Shown: in pieces, positions 54,581 through 64,000 of the stretch
Layout of the letters: every line of letters begins with the position of its first letter
Numbering within the stretch: position 1 is the stretch's first letter
Assembly (NCBI GenBank): GCA_028817875.1
Contig: JAPPOO010000076.1
Span: forward strand, 12,041 to 76,040
Reading direction: 5' to 3'
From: Alphaproteobacteria bacterium
GTDB lineage: Bacteria; Pseudomonadota; Alphaproteobacteria; UBA2136; JAPPOO01
Length of the DNA: 64,000 nucleotides
The notes under the pieces: generated by a model
Database searches by the model: none
What the model saw: the letters and a program-made list of their open reading frames with translations, nothing else
What the model was told of the DNA's origin: nothing
Position numbers and translations under genes: made by a program

Positions 54581-55399
54581 ATGAAACGAATGATTTTAGG
54601 ACTAGCTGTTGCACTTGTGCTGTACGCACCAGGTGCTGCATGGGCATACAATTGGCAAACAGATGGAGAACGCCTGCACTACAAAGTAAGTTACGGTTTT
54701 TTAAACATAGGGGAGGCAGAGCTTCTCTACGAACCAAAAAATTTGGTGACTGCCCAAGAGGCAGGAGAGGGCTACCACGTTGTGGCACGCGCATGGACAG
54801 AAACTGCTTTGTTCAAACTGTTAGAACGCCTAAGCGTAACAGGTGGCCATACACCTGAAGGTAAGTTTCTACCTGCGGTGTATCAACAAATGCAGATAGA
54901 AAACGACTTCAAGGCAAATAAAGAAGTAACGTTTAACCACGTAACCAACACGGCAAGCTATAAAAACCACCAAAACGCCATACCAGCAGAAGAGTTTAAC
55001 GTACTGCCTCAAGCGCGAGATATGATTTCCGCTCTGTACTACCTGCGTTATCATGTTGAAGACGTTGACGGACAAATCCAAGACCTGCCTGTTGTCAGTC
55101 TACATCGCAAATACACAATGAAAATCAAAATTGGCGAAACAAAAAGTATTAAAAATAGAGACGGCAAAAAAATCTTTCTCAGGGAGATAAAGCCGCTACT
55201 CATAACACAAGATGAAGAAGCAAAAATAAAAGATAGCTGGCGTATTTGGATTACAGCAGACGAACGCCGCTTACCTGTAAAAATAGAACTAAAATCAAAG
55301 TTTGGAACATTCCGCGCGAACTTACAGCAAGCGGCAGCAGCAAATAGCCCATCTCATGCGCCGGATAAACTGCCTGTAACAGGAAATTTCATTCAATAG
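54581..55399 (+). CDS. secreted protein, DUF3108-like (272 aa)
   Basis: Signal peptide MKRMILGLAVALVLYAPGAAWA, then an …YKVSYGFLNIGEAEL… pattern reminiscent of DUF3108; tentative. Confidence 0.4.
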   Translation: MKRMILGLAVALVLYAPGAAWAYNWQTDGERLHYKVSYGFLNIGEAELLYEPKNLVTAQEAGEGYHVVARAWTETALFKLLERLSVTGGHTPEGKFLPAVYQQMQIENDFKANKEVTFNHVTNTASYKNHQNAIPAEEFNVLPQARDMISALYYLRYHVEDVDGQIQDLPVVSLHRKYTMKIKIGETKSIKNRDGKKIFLREIKPLLITQDEEAKIKDSWRIWITADERRLPVKIELKSKFGTFRANLQQAAAANSPSHAPDKLPVTGNFIQ

Positions 55400-55403
55400 C
55401 CCC

Positions 55404-56096
55404 ATGATTATAAAACGTATTGTTGACCACTGGACAGAGCAGTGTCCGAAGGATTCTTTAGCTCAGGCACAGCCCAACTACCTAGAAATAGCTACGGCTA
55501 TTAAGGCTATGCCGACAAGTAATGCACCCACATTTATTCATATGATGGGAGTACCTGGCAGCGGCAAAACAACAATAGCGGAAGCCCTATACGCTGAACT
55601 AACCTCAACTGAAAGTTGGATGTGGCACGGCTTTGATGGTGTTATGCAAAAGCTCCGGCCATATCAGGAAGACCTGACAACGAATACAGAAGAAGCTTTC
55701 AACAAATGGGAGCTTCCAGCGCGTATTTGTGGATATAAATTATTGGAAGAAGCCGTCGCAAAAAACGTGAACATTCTATTTGACCACGGTGGTGCTGACT
55801 CAAATCACCCAGAGCTACTGTCGTGGGTGAAAAAGCAAGGGTACACAGTCTTTATGGTGAAGGCAGATATTCCCCAAAAGCTTGCGGAAGAACGTGTTCA
55901 AGCGCGTTCAGCCCAACCAAACACACGGTTTACACCCATCAAATACGTTGGTGAACGTTGTCGCGTGCTAAAAGACTTGGAACCAAAATACGCTGAAATT
56001 GTTGATAAACTATATAAAGTCGACAACTCAGGCTCTCCTGAAAACCTAAGTGAAGTACAAAAAATACTCGCAGAAATAGAAAAATCCAAATGTTAA
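55404..56096 (+). CDS. P-loop kinase, zeta-toxin/AAA_33-like (230 aa)
   Basis: Walker A MMGVPGSGKTTIAEAL; starts 4 nt after the upstream gene and overlaps the downstream start (ATGTTAA). Confidence 0.5.
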   Translation: MIIKRIVDHWTEQCPKDSLAQAQPNYLEIATAIKAMPTSNAPTFIHMMGVPGSGKTTIAEALYAELTSTESWMWHGFDGVMQKLRPYQEDLTTNTEEAFNKWELPARICGYKLLEEAVAKNVNILFDHGGADSNHPELLSWVKKQGYTVFMVKADIPQKLAEERVQARSAQPNTRFTPIKYVGERCRVLKDLEPKYAEIVDKLYKVDNSGSPENLSEVQKILAEIEKSKC

Positions 56097-56701
56097 AAAA
56101 GCCAGATTATTGGGAAGAAGCCAAAACCTACTTGCAAAAACAAGATGCTGTTTTGGACACACTCATCAAAAATTACACAGGTGAAGAAGGCTTGGTAAGC
56201 CGCGGCGATGCCTTTGAAACGCTTGTCAGGTCAATCGTCGGCCAGCAAATATCCGTTAAAGCAGCCGCCTCTGTTTGGAATAAACTAGCAGATGCCTACA
56301 CAATTTCTCCAGAGGCTTTAGCAAAGGTAGAAGCAGAGCAGCTCCGTAGCTGCGGGTTGTCTCGCCAAAAAGTAAAGTACATTACAGGAACAGCTCAAGC
56401 ATTCCATAACGGTCAAATTCATCCAAACAAATGGGGCGACTGGCAAGATGAAGACATTATCCAAGAACTCACCACGTTACCCGGCATAGGGCGGTGGACA
56501 GCTGAAATGTTCCTCATGTTTTACCTGTTAAGGGCAGATGTTCTCCCTCTGAAAGACCTTGGTATTCTTAACGCATTTGAACGCCAATACGGCAAAGCCC
56601 CAACCGAACTAAAAAACCACGCCACCGCATGGCAACCTTACCGCACCGTTGCCTGTTGGTACCTGTGGCGGTCTCTAGAAAACCAACCTACTAACTACTA
56701 A
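56090..56701 (+). CDS. HhH-GPD DNA glycosylase, AlkA/3-methyladenine glycosylase II-like (203 aa)
   Basis: HhH-GPD motif …LTTLPGIGRWTAEMFLMFYL…D…. Confidence 0.75.
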   Translation: MLKKPDYWEEAKTYLQKQDAVLDTLIKNYTGEEGLVSRGDAFETLVRSIVGQQISVKAAASVWNKLADAYTISPEALAKVEAEQLRSCGLSRQKVKYITGTAQAFHNGQIHPNKWGDWQDEDIIQELTTLPGIGRWTAEMFLMFYLLRADVLPLKDLGILNAFERQYGKAPTELKNHATAWQPYRTVACWYLWRSLENQPTNY

Positions 56702-57234
56702 CGCTTCAGCCGCTCCAGCTCTGCATTAAGTTCTTGTATTTTCTGGCTAAGCTCTGCTATTTGTTGGTCTTTATCTTCAGGTTTTAAAAATGGGTTAAAT
56801 AAACCAACCATGCTCTGAAATTTCTCAATCTGCTGCCGCTGCAAAGCCTGCATATTCTCCATTGCTTCAAAAGGTGAAAAACTACCCAACACGCTATCCG
56901 TTTGCTCGCGTATCCGCTGTTGGTTTTGGATGAACACATCCATCGTCGTTTCCAAGTAATGCGGCAAAACCGTTTGCATGGAATTATCGTAAAAACTAAT
57001 AAGCTGCCGTAAAAAACGTACGGGCAGCATGGCAGCGCCTTTGGTTTCCTCTTCAAGTAAAATCTGCGCCAAAACTTGGCGGGTTAAATCCTGCCCGCTT
57101 TTGGCGTCAACAACTTCAAAATCTCGCCCGTCTCGCACCATCTGGCTAAGTTCATCCAACGTAATGTACGTACTGGTTTCGGTATTATATAACCGACGGT
57201 TCGCATACTTTTTAATGATAACAGGCTCAGCCAT
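56698..57234 (-). CDS. phaR: polyhydroxyalkanoate synthesis repressor PhaR (178 aa)
   Basis: Canonical PhaR N-terminus IKKYANRRLYNTETSTYITLDEL…. Confidence 0.85.
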   Translation of the reverse strand: MAEPVIIKKYANRRLYNTETSTYITLDELSQMVRDGRDFEVVDAKSGQDLTRQVLAQILLEEETKGAAMLPVRFLRQLISFYDNSMQTVLPHYLETTMDVFIQNQQRIREQTDSVLGSFSPFEAMENMQALQRQQIEKFQSMVGLFNPFLKPEDKDQQIAELSQKIQELNAELERLKR

Positions 57235-57320
57235 AGGTCATTCTTTTATTTTTATTTGATACAGAATGCACCTAATATATCAGGCAGGACAATTCACAGC
57301 AAGTCATGTAAAGTGCGAGC

Positions 57321-58454
57321 ATGACAAAATCTGCCAAACGCACAGGGCCGCGCCCATTAGGGCTATACTACGCCATGCTGCAAAATACTGTAGGGTGGCA
57401 ACAAGTATTGCAAGGCAATCCGTTATTCGGGCAGGTTTTTACGCAATTGGCCGATTTTTTCCAGTTCCCGCCAGATGGCAAAACGTTCCTCAAAGGCGTA
57501 GAACGGTACCGCAACTACTCATGGCACCGCCCAAAGATAGAGGGCAACTACACCGAAGTCGCCCAGTATGGCCGTGCACGCTTATACCAGTGCCGCAAAA
57601 ATAACGGCGGAAAACCCGTCTTACTTATTCCGTCTTTTGTTAATAAATCCTACATTTTAGACCTATTACCGGGCAACAGTCTCGTCCAACATTTACACAA
57701 TGCAGGCTTTACACCATACCTGTTAGACTGGGGAGACCCCGCAGGTCAACCTCATGGCTTTACGGTAGAAACCGCCATAACAGAAGCCATTGTTCCCGCG
57801 TTGGAAACATTTGAAGAACCTCCCACGGTCATTGGTTATTGCATGGGTGGAATACTTGGGCTGGGTGCCGCTGCTATAGCATCAGAAAAAATAAAATCCC
57901 TCGCCGTACTGGCAACACCGTGGGATTTCAGCGTCACGCAAACCCACCAAGGGCTGATGCTCAGTAACATCGCGCTAGAGCCAATTTTTGCCGCAAGTCC
58001 ACTAATTCCCGTAGATGTCGTTCAAACCCTTTTTGTAGAGCTAGACCCGCAAGGGGCATTTAACCGTATGGAAGCTTTTGCAAATTTGGAAGACGAGCCC
58101 ACCTTGCAACGGATGGCAGCGTTGGAAGACTGGTTGGCAGATGGTTGGCCGTTGGAACCCAATATCGCTAAAACATTGATAATAGACTGGCACAAAAATA
58201 ACCAAACGCACTTGGGTACATGGCAAATTGCGGGTACATACGTAAAACCCGAAAACATAAAAATTCCGACCCTTGTTGCAATTACGGAAAAAGATCGCCT
58301 CGTGCCGCCGGAAAGCAGTGCGCCATTGGTTGAAAAACTACCCAACTGTACCCGCTTAAATGTACCCATGGGGCATGTGGGGCTTATGGGTGGACGCAAG
58401 GCAGAAGAAAACTTCTACCAACCCCTCACAAAATGGTTACAAAGCTTGACCTAA
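57321..58454 (+). CDS. alpha/beta-hydrolase fold protein, short PHA synthase (class III/IV PhaC-like, 377 aa)
   Basis: Lipase-box-like GYCMGG (G-x-C-x-G) with Cys nucleophile, about 355-aa catalytic size; sits between phaR and the thiolase. Confidence 0.55.
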   Translation: MTKSAKRTGPRPLGLYYAMLQNTVGWQQVLQGNPLFGQVFTQLADFFQFPPDGKTFLKGVERYRNYSWHRPKIEGNYTEVAQYGRARLYQCRKNNGGKPVLLIPSFVNKSYILDLLPGNSLVQHLHNAGFTPYLLDWGDPAGQPHGFTVETAITEAIVPALETFEEPPTVIGYCMGGILGLGAAAIASEKIKSLAVLATPWDFSVTQTHQGLMLSNIALEPIFAASPLIPVDVVQTLFVELDPQGAFNRMEAFANLEDEPTLQRMAALEDWLADGWPLEPNIAKTLIIDWHKNNQTHLGTWQIAGTYVKPENIKIPTLVAITEKDRLVPPESSAPLVEKLPNCTRLNVPMGHVGLMGGRKAEENFYQPLTKWLQSLT

Positions 58455-58504
58455 CAACTCAAATACGTACCATTCTGCCATATCAATAAGAAAGAATTGA
58501 AAAA

Positions 58505-59680
58505 ATGACAGAAGTTGTAATTGTCGCGGCGCTACGCACGGCTATTGGAAATTTTAACGGAGCAATCAAAGACATCCCCGCTTACAAGCTCGGTGCAGCT
58601 CTTATAAAAGAAGCGCTTAACCAAACAAAAGTCGCTCCGCAAGATGTCGATGACGTCATCATGGGGCAAATCCTCACAGCAGGGCAGGGGCAAAATCCTG
58701 TACGGCAAGCCGCGGTAGAAGCAGGAATTCCTTACGAAACACCAGCTATGACAATCAACCAAGTGTGCGGCTCAGGCCTGCGCTCGGTTATGTTGGCAGC
58801 ACAAGCAATTCGGGCTGGTGAGGCGACAATTGCTATCGCTGGAGGGCAAGAAAACATGAGTCAGTCTCCTCATGTTGCTCACCTGCGGGACGGTATTCGT
58901 ATGGGGAATGGCGAGTTCAAAGATACGATGATTGTCGATGGCCTCTGGGATGCTTTCAATGATGTTCACATGGGTATCACCGCAGAAAACATTGCTGAAA
59001 AATTCAACATCACGCGGGATGCGCAGGATGAATTTGCATTTAATTCTCAATCCAAAGCCGCAAAAGCACAGGAAGAAAATCGCTTTGCAGATGAAATTGT
59101 GCCAATCGAAATTCCTCAACGCAAGGGCGACCCAATTGTGTTCGATAAAGACGAGTTTCCACGTTTGGCACCTGTTGAAAAACTCGCTAATTTGCGCCCC
59201 GCTTTCAAAAAAGATGGGACTGTCACAGCTGGTAACGCTTCCGGTATTAACGACGGCGCGGCAATTGTTCTTCTTATGTCTGCTGAGGAAGCGGATAAAC
59301 GCGGGCTTAAACCACTAGCAACCATCGCAAGTGGTACCAGCGCAGGGGTAGACCCCGCCATTATGGGAACAGGCCCTGTTCCTGCCAGCCAAAAAGCACT
59401 CAAAATGGCAGGGTGGGAAGCATCCGAACTAGACCTAATTGAAGCAAACGAGGCCTTTGCCGCGCAAGCCATCAGCGTAAACCAAGAAATGGGGTGGGAC
59501 GCAGCTAAAGTAAACGTCAACGGCGGCGCCATTGCTTTGGGGCATCCTATCGGCGCAAGCGGTTGTCGCTGTTTGGTAAGCCTTATCCACGAAATGCAAA
59601 AGCAAAACGCCAGCAAAGGCTTGGTAACATTGTGCATTGGTGGTGGTATGGGCGTTGCCATGTGCTTAGAACGCAAATAA
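58505..59680 (+). CDS. phaA: acetyl-CoA C-acetyltransferase (thiolase II, PhaA-like, 391 aa)
   Basis: Thiolase signatures …[11 protein letters not shown]… (Cys88), …[19 protein letters not shown]… and C-terminal …[11 protein letters not shown]…. Confidence 0.9.
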   Translation: MTEVVIVAALRTAIGNFNGAIKDIPAYKLGAALIKEALNQTKVAPQDVDDVIMGQILTAGQGQNPVRQAAVEAGIPYETPAMTINQVCGSGLRSVMLAAQAIRAGEATIAIAGGQENMSQSPHVAHLRDGIRMGNGEFKDTMIVDGLWDAFNDVHMGITAENIAEKFNITRDAQDEFAFNSQSKAAKAQEENRFADEIVPIEIPQRKGDPIVFDKDEFPRLAPVEKLANLRPAFKKDGTVTAGNASGINDGAAIVLLMSAEEADKRGLKPLATIASGTSAGVDPAIMGTGPVPASQKALKMAGWEASELDLIEANEAFAAQAISVNQEMGWDAAKVNVNGGAIALGHPIGASGCRCLVSLIHEMQKQNASKGLVTLCIGGGMGVAMCLERK

Positions 59681-59806
59681 CCCAACATATACGTGAGAGG
59701 TGTTTGTAATCATTGAATAAATTATTGCAGATACCTCTCTCCCTTTTTGAGTCAAATTGTGTTACGCTCAGCTCACTAAAAAGCTAAAGAAGACATTTAA
59801 AACAGA

Positions 59807-60538
59807 ATGCGACCGACAGACATCAAGCTGACAGAAGCTCATGCCATTATATTGGCTGATTTGCAGCGTGCTGGTGTCACCGATATTGTCGGCGAAATGC
59901 CGTATGAATGGTTTACGGAAGAACCTGCCGCCACACCTCACCCAGTAGCAGAGAAACTCCAAGAAAAACAGCCGATTCAAGTAAAACGGCAAGAAGCCAA
60001 ACCAAAGCCAAAAGCGCAACCTGCTGCGGTAGAGGTGAAACTACCCAAAGCGGATACTTGCTTACACTTGTCAGGCGAGCCAAACCAAATACTGATTGTT
60101 ACAGGAGCATTTTACAATAAGCTCGCGCAGCCGTTCACAGCTGATGAACACACGCTCCTCACCAATATGCTGCTGGCAATTGACGTGGATATGAAACAAA
60201 CGGGCATCCTATCCTGCGGTGTGGCCGATGAACACGGCAGCCCATACCCTGATGATTTTAAGCAAAAACTCCAACCGTTGGTGCAAACCAAAGTACAGCA
60301 AATAGCACCCCCCGCAGTGTTGGTGCTAGGGCAGGTAACAGCCTTTTTGATGACAGGTGAAACCCAGCCGCTTTCCCCTGCGCGGGAAGCCGCACAAACA
60401 GGAAAATGGGACACCCATGCCCCGTGCGCCATTACCTACCACCCACGCCATTTGCTTAAACAACCGCTTCTTAAACGTTCTGCATGGCAGGATTTATGCG
60501 CATTCCAAAGCCGCCGTTTGAAAAAGGAGGCCGCTTAA
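59807..60538 (+). CDS. uracil-DNA glycosylase superfamily-like protein (243 aa)
   Basis: UDG-fold-like pattern (…ILIVTGAFYN…, …VLVLGQVTAF…) after an N-terminal extension; tentative. Confidence 0.4.
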   Translation: MRPTDIKLTEAHAIILADLQRAGVTDIVGEMPYEWFTEEPAATPHPVAEKLQEKQPIQVKRQEAKPKPKAQPAAVEVKLPKADTCLHLSGEPNQILIVTGAFYNKLAQPFTADEHTLLTNMLLAIDVDMKQTGILSCGVADEHGSPYPDDFKQKLQPLVQTKVQQIAPPAVLVLGQVTAFLMTGETQPLSPAREAAQTGKWDTHAPCAITYHPRHLLKQPLLKRSAWQDLCAFQSRRLKKEAA

Positions 60539-62248
60539 ATGTTGCGCTTCTTACTTGTTTTAGCGGCGTTCATGCCTGTACTAGCGCATACGGCTGAGTT
60601 AGAACCCGTGCTATCCCAAAAGGATGTCACAACCTATCGCAAAATGTTTCAGCTTCAAAAAAGTCTAAAGCGGAAAGAAGCTGCCAAACTAGCCGATGAA
60701 ATTGAGAACCCGATTTTAATGGGGCATGTGATTGTTACGCGGTTGATGCACCCGCGGACACGCACACCCTACAAAGACCTTCAAATGTGGCTCAGTATCT
60801 ATAACGACCACCCACAAGCGCAGGAAGTGTATGAACTTGCCAATAAACGGCGCCCAAAGGGAGAAACCCACAAAAGCCCCGCTTACGGTACAGCAACAGC
60901 TGCCCGCTATACGGATTTAGACACAATTCCATCCAAAGCCGCCCCCGCGCCTCAGGCAAGCCATGTACGGCCTAAGCTCATTAAACGGCTTAAACAAAAC
61001 CTCCGTCAGCAAAAGTATGAGGAATCCATCCGCCTCCTCACACAACCTTCTGCTCGCGTGATTTTAGGGGGCGAAATCTGGGCAAAATCTGCCATGAAGG
61101 TATCAAAACCACTGCTAAATTTAGGCCGTTTTACAGAGGTTCACCACCTCATGGGCATGGTCAGCAAATACCAAACAACAGTACGGCCGGAAGCTTTGTG
61201 GCTTTCAGGTTTTGCCGCTTATCGAGCAGAATATACCGAGGCAGCCGCCAGTGCCTTCCGCGCACTAACCTACGCAACACCTAAAGGTAGCCGCGCCCAC
61301 AGCCGCGCTGCATGGTGGAGCGGCCGCGCCTACGAAAAACAAGGCAATACAAAACTAGCCGATGCCTTTTTCCTCATGGCGGCAGAAAACCCAACAACAT
61401 TTTATGGTCAACTCGGGTTAGAAAGCGCATCTAAAAAGCACGAAAATGTTTGGAAAATGCCGGCCATGCATAAGGAAGACTTGGCTTATTTGCTAGAAAA
61501 AACAGCTGTTCAACGAGTGATTGCACTGGCGCAAGTGGGTGAATTTTCCCTTGCCCAAAACGAGCTAAAAAATATCTACCAATCTTTGCCACGCGGTATG
61601 GATGAAACGCTGCTTGCACTAAGCCTCAAGCTTCATCTGCCGCATATGTCCTTCACACTGGCACATAACCTTCAAGGGCAGGGCAAAACATTCTTACCGG
61701 GGCTATACCCCGTCCCGTCTCGCTGGCGGCCGTTAGAAGGGTACCGAGTAGACCCTGCATTGCTCGTCGCCATCATGCGGCAAGAAAGCGCGTTCGACCC
61801 TGAAATCGTTTCTCGCGCAGGTGCACGGGGGCTTATGCAAATTATGCCATCCACAGCGGATGACATCCGCAAGCGCAACAAAAAATTTACGCTGCCAACG
61901 TACTTCCTGCAAAAACCATCCGTTAGCTTATCTCTCGCGCAGGATTATTTACAGCACCTGCACCCACGCTTTAACGGCAACCTTGTGCACTTGCTAGCGG
62001 CCTATAATGCAGGGCCGGGCAACCTCAATAAGTGGATTTCAGACCCCACCATGGCCGCAACAGACCCCGTGGTATTTATTGAAAGCATTCCCTACGGTGA
62101 AACCCGTAACTATGTTAAGCGCGTACTCGCCAACCTATGGCATTACCGCGAGCGGTTTGACCAACCCAGCCCCAGCCGTTTAGCACTGTCGCTCCACGCA
62201 TGGCCACGCGCCATCGCCCTCGTACCAAGCAAAAAGAAAGAAAGTTAG
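60539..62248 (+). CDS. soluble lytic murein transglycosylase (Slt family, 569 aa)
   Basis: Signal peptide, superhelical N-terminal region, C-terminal SLT domain (…AIMRQESAFDP…SRAGARGLMQIMPSTA…, …AAYNAGPG…). Confidence 0.8.
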   Translation: MLRFLLVLAAFMPVLAHTAELEPVLSQKDVTTYRKMFQLQKSLKRKEAAKLADEIENPILMGHVIVTRLMHPRTRTPYKDLQMWLSIYNDHPQAQEVYELANKRRPKGETHKSPAYGTATAARYTDLDTIPSKAAPAPQASHVRPKLIKRLKQNLRQQKYEESIRLLTQPSARVILGGEIWAKSAMKVSKPLLNLGRFTEVHHLMGMVSKYQTTVRPEALWLSGFAAYRAEYTEAAASAFRALTYATPKGSRAHSRAAWWSGRAYEKQGNTKLADAFFLMAAENPTTFYGQLGLESASKKHENVWKMPAMHKEDLAYLLEKTAVQRVIALAQVGEFSLAQNELKNIYQSLPRGMDETLLALSLKLHLPHMSFTLAHNLQGQGKTFLPGLYPVPSRWRPLEGYRVDPALLVAIMRQESAFDPEIVSRAGARGLMQIMPSTADDIRKRNKKFTLPTYFLQKPSVSLSLAQDYLQHLHPRFNGNLVHLLAAYNAGPGNLNKWISDPTMAATDPVVFIESIPYGETRNYVKRVLANLWHYRERFDQPSPSRLALSLHAWPRAIALVPSKKKES

Positions 62249-62859
62249 TGCCCAACTTCTCCCTAGAACAAACCTTGTTAGCGCAAGGCTACCAAAACAT
62301 TGCAGGGGTAGATGAAGTAGGCCGCGGGCCGTGGGCAGGGCCGGTTGTGGCGTGTGCGGTGGTGCTAAACCCGTTACAACTTCCCGAAGGCATAGACGAT
62401 TCTAAAAAACTATCCGCCGCCAAGCGAGAAAGCCTATACGAAACCCTCACCCAAACCACCACATGGGCGTTGGGAGAAGCCAGCGTAGCGGAAATTGATA
62501 CATATAACATTCGCAACGCAACGTTTTTAGCGATGCAACGGGCGTTGGCAAACTTACCCCAACAGACAGATTACGCACTGGTCGATGGCAATGCCCTGCC
62601 ACAAGACATACCGTGCCCCGCCCAGACAGTTATAAAAGGGGACGGCAAATCTCTTTCCATCGCTGCGGCCAGTATTATTGCAAAAGTCACGCGTGACAGA
62701 CTGATGGGCAAACTACATGAAGAATACCCGCACTTCGGGTGGCACACCAACGCAGGCTACGGCACCAAAACCCACCAAGAAGGCCTCGCCCAACACGGTA
62801 TTACGCCACACCACCGCACCAGCTTTAAACCCATAAAAGAACACCTCCCAAACGCGTAA
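62200..62859 (+). CDS. rnhB: ribonuclease HII
   Basis: …IAGVDEVGRGPWAGPVVACAVVL… and …DSKKLS… motifs; the true start is probably the GTG at 62248, which overlaps the slt stop by 1 nt. Confidence 0.88.
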   Translation: MATRHRPRTKQKERKLVPNFSLEQTLLAQGYQNIAGVDEVGRGPWAGPVVACAVVLNPLQLPEGIDDSKKLSAAKRESLYETLTQTTTWALGEASVAEIDTYNIRNATFLAMQRALANLPQQTDYALVDGNALPQDIPCPAQTVIKGDGKSLSIAAASIIAKVTRDRLMGKLHEEYPHFGWHTNAGYGTKTHQEGLAQHGITPHHRTSFKPIKEHLPNA

Positions 62860-62882
62860 GGAGGGCATAAAACCCTCCTTAC
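62856..62882. repeat. palindromic element gtaaggaggg-N7-ccctccttac (10-bp stem) overlapping the rnhB stop
   Basis: Perfect inverted repeat; a second related copy lies at 63542..63565. Confidence 0.7.
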
Positions 62883-62899
62883 CATTGTCCATAAACCGA

Positions 62900-63454
62900 T
62901 CAAGCCTTACAAAGCTCAATTTTATCAGGATGAACATAAACGGAAATTTCGTTACCATACGCTAACCCTTCAATTCGAGGAGCAATGACCTCAAAAGTGG
63001 TTTTTTCATGCCCAAAATCACGGCCAGCTTCCTTTGTTTTAGGGTCAGGTAGGTAGATAAACCCATTTTTTTCAATGCCATCAAATATAATATGGCATTT
63101 TATAAGATGGAATGTCTCAACAGCAGTCCAACGCTGTAGCTCACCATTATTCAGCCGATACCCATCAAACCAAGGGACATTTTCAAACGTATAGTCAGGC
63201 TTTTTAGGAAGCCAACTTTGGCCAACATTCACATTAATCGTGCCATTAAAGCACGTGTTAAGGAAGACTGCATCAGCAATGCCCCGTCGGCCAGCCAAAA
63301 GCATTTTTTGAATAAAATGTAATTTTTGAAGGGCAATTGCACCTCGGATTTGTTGTTCTACAGGTCCGTCACGGTTTATGACATAGCGGTCGTTGTAGCC
63401 AGATCCAGTTTGCTTAGAACTAATAACAGGCCCGTAAAAAGGTTTTATTTTCAT
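62900..63454 (-). CDS. hypothetical protein (184 aa)
   Basis: ORF; no motif recognised. Confidence 0.4.
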   Translation of the reverse strand: MKIKPFYGPVISSKQTGSGYNDRYVINRDGPVEQQIRGAIALQKLHFIQKMLLAGRRGIADAVFLNTCFNGTINVNVGQSWLPKKPDYTFENVPWFDGYRLNNGELQRWTAVETFHLIKCHIIFDGIEKNGFIYLPDPKTKEAGRDFGHEKTTFEVIAPRIEGLAYGNEISVYVHPDKIELCKA

Positions 63455-63541
63455 GTAAGATATTCCCTATAAAAAAATTTTAGGAATGTATTGAATACAA
63501 TTGCTGCACCCACATGTCAAGCAAACAGACGTAACAAATAC

Positions 63542-63565
63542 GTAAGGAGGGCTCTCACCCTCCTT
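63542..63565. repeat. second copy of the aaggaggg…ccctcctt palindromic element
   Basis: gtaaggagggctctcaccctccttcg. Confidence 0.7.
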
Positions 63566-63588
63566 CGCAACTATAAAATTTCTCAAGT

Positions 63589-63996
63589 TTACGCCCAAGC
63601 TGGCTTTTCAGCTGTATGAGCATTCAAAAAATACTGGTATGTACCAATTTTTAGCACAATGATTGTGACTTGATCATTTGGGTTGAGCTGTGTGCAATAA
63701 ACAGCCTCAGCAACAACCTCTAACAGCGGTCGTCCAATAGCTTCTGGCGTAGTTTTAGAAAGCTTATACGGTTTATGTTTTCTACTATTTATAACGCTTG
63801 TATAAACCTCGGAAACAAGCTGTTTCTCATCAAGGTAAATAACATCCTGAAAAATAGTATTTCCCAAGCGGTCCCAATATTCCACTGTAACCCCGAGAAT
63901 ACCGTTCAGAAGATTATTACTTTTCAGTAAGTGTGATATAGCAGTAAAAGTAGAGGGAGAGTCTATTGATAGGCGATATAAAGCTATGCGTTGCAT
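63589..63996 (-). CDS. hypothetical protein (135 aa)
   Basis: ORF with ATG start near the window end. Confidence 0.4.
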   Translation of the reverse strand: MQRIALYRLSIDSPSTFTAISHLLKSNNLLNGILGVTVEYWDRLGNTIFQDVIYLDEKQLVSEVYTSVINSRKHKPYKLSKTTPEAIGRPLLEVVAEAVYCTQLNPNDQVTIIVLKIGTYQYFLNAHTAEKPAWA

Positions 63997-64000
63997 AACA

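Noticed and set aside
57266-57604. ORF 57266..57604 overlapping the 5' end of the PhaC-like gene in another frame
   Set aside because: It is shorter and has no motif, whereas the 57321..58454 frame carries the lipase-box and an alpha/beta-hydrolase pattern.
1-64000. CRISPR arrays, rRNA or tRNA genes, and IS/transposase elements
   Set aside because: No regularly spaced short direct repeats, no T-loop (GTTCGANTC)-bearing cloverleaf candidates in the intergenic regions (12595..13183, 17243..17807, 18174..18495, 44755..45020), and no DDE/IS-like ORFs. The only long repeats are the 120-nt paralog-tail repeat and the intragenic fibre duplication.

Overview
This 64 kb window looks like a chromosomal segment of an alphaproteobacterium-like organism, judged from gene content only. 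Housekeeping genes (RND efflux operon, murJ, mutS, hpf, rppH, pyk, ctpA, rlmH, rnhB, slt, phaR/phaA, an SRP RNA) are interleaved with accessory regions. The most notable feature is a five-gene minus-strand operon at 24.2-32.2 kb: a stand-alone GAF protein, a TPR plus beta-barrel outer-membrane protein with Slam (surface lipoprotein assembly modulator)-like architecture, a 965-aa putative lipoprotein, a CHASE2-domain class III nucleotidyl cyclase, and a 247-aa orphan protein. The 965-aa protein combines an N-terminal FecR-like domain, a giant poly-acidic linker and a C-terminal domain ending in a TbpB/fHbp-like barrel motif. I read this as a possible surface-exposed sensor, delivered by a Slam-like translocon, coupled to cyclic-nucleotide signalling; I am not aware of that combination having been described. 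Other notable regions are listed below.
- An island at 17.2-24.2 kb carries two tandem paralogs whose 3' ends and 3' UTRs are near-identical, an XRE regulator, several orphan proteins and a BTLCP (transglutaminase-like cysteine peptidase).
- A 1584-aa secreted protein made of Hep_Hag-like and tail-fibre-like repeats contains a large near-identical internal DNA duplication, and is followed by a protein with a prepilin-like N-terminus.
- A C9 homopolymer tract sits upstream of a small secreted basic cysteine-containing protein.
- A MlaA-MMPL(HpnN-like)-MlaC lipid-transport cluster is present.
- Three translationally coupled genes encode a DUF3108-like protein, a P-loop kinase and an AlkA-like glycosylase.
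- A 1080-aa lipoprotein is translationally coupled to an RsmC-like methyltransferase.
All calls rest on motif recognition by eye; no searches were run. No CRISPR arrays, tRNAs, rRNAs or obvious transposases were seen.
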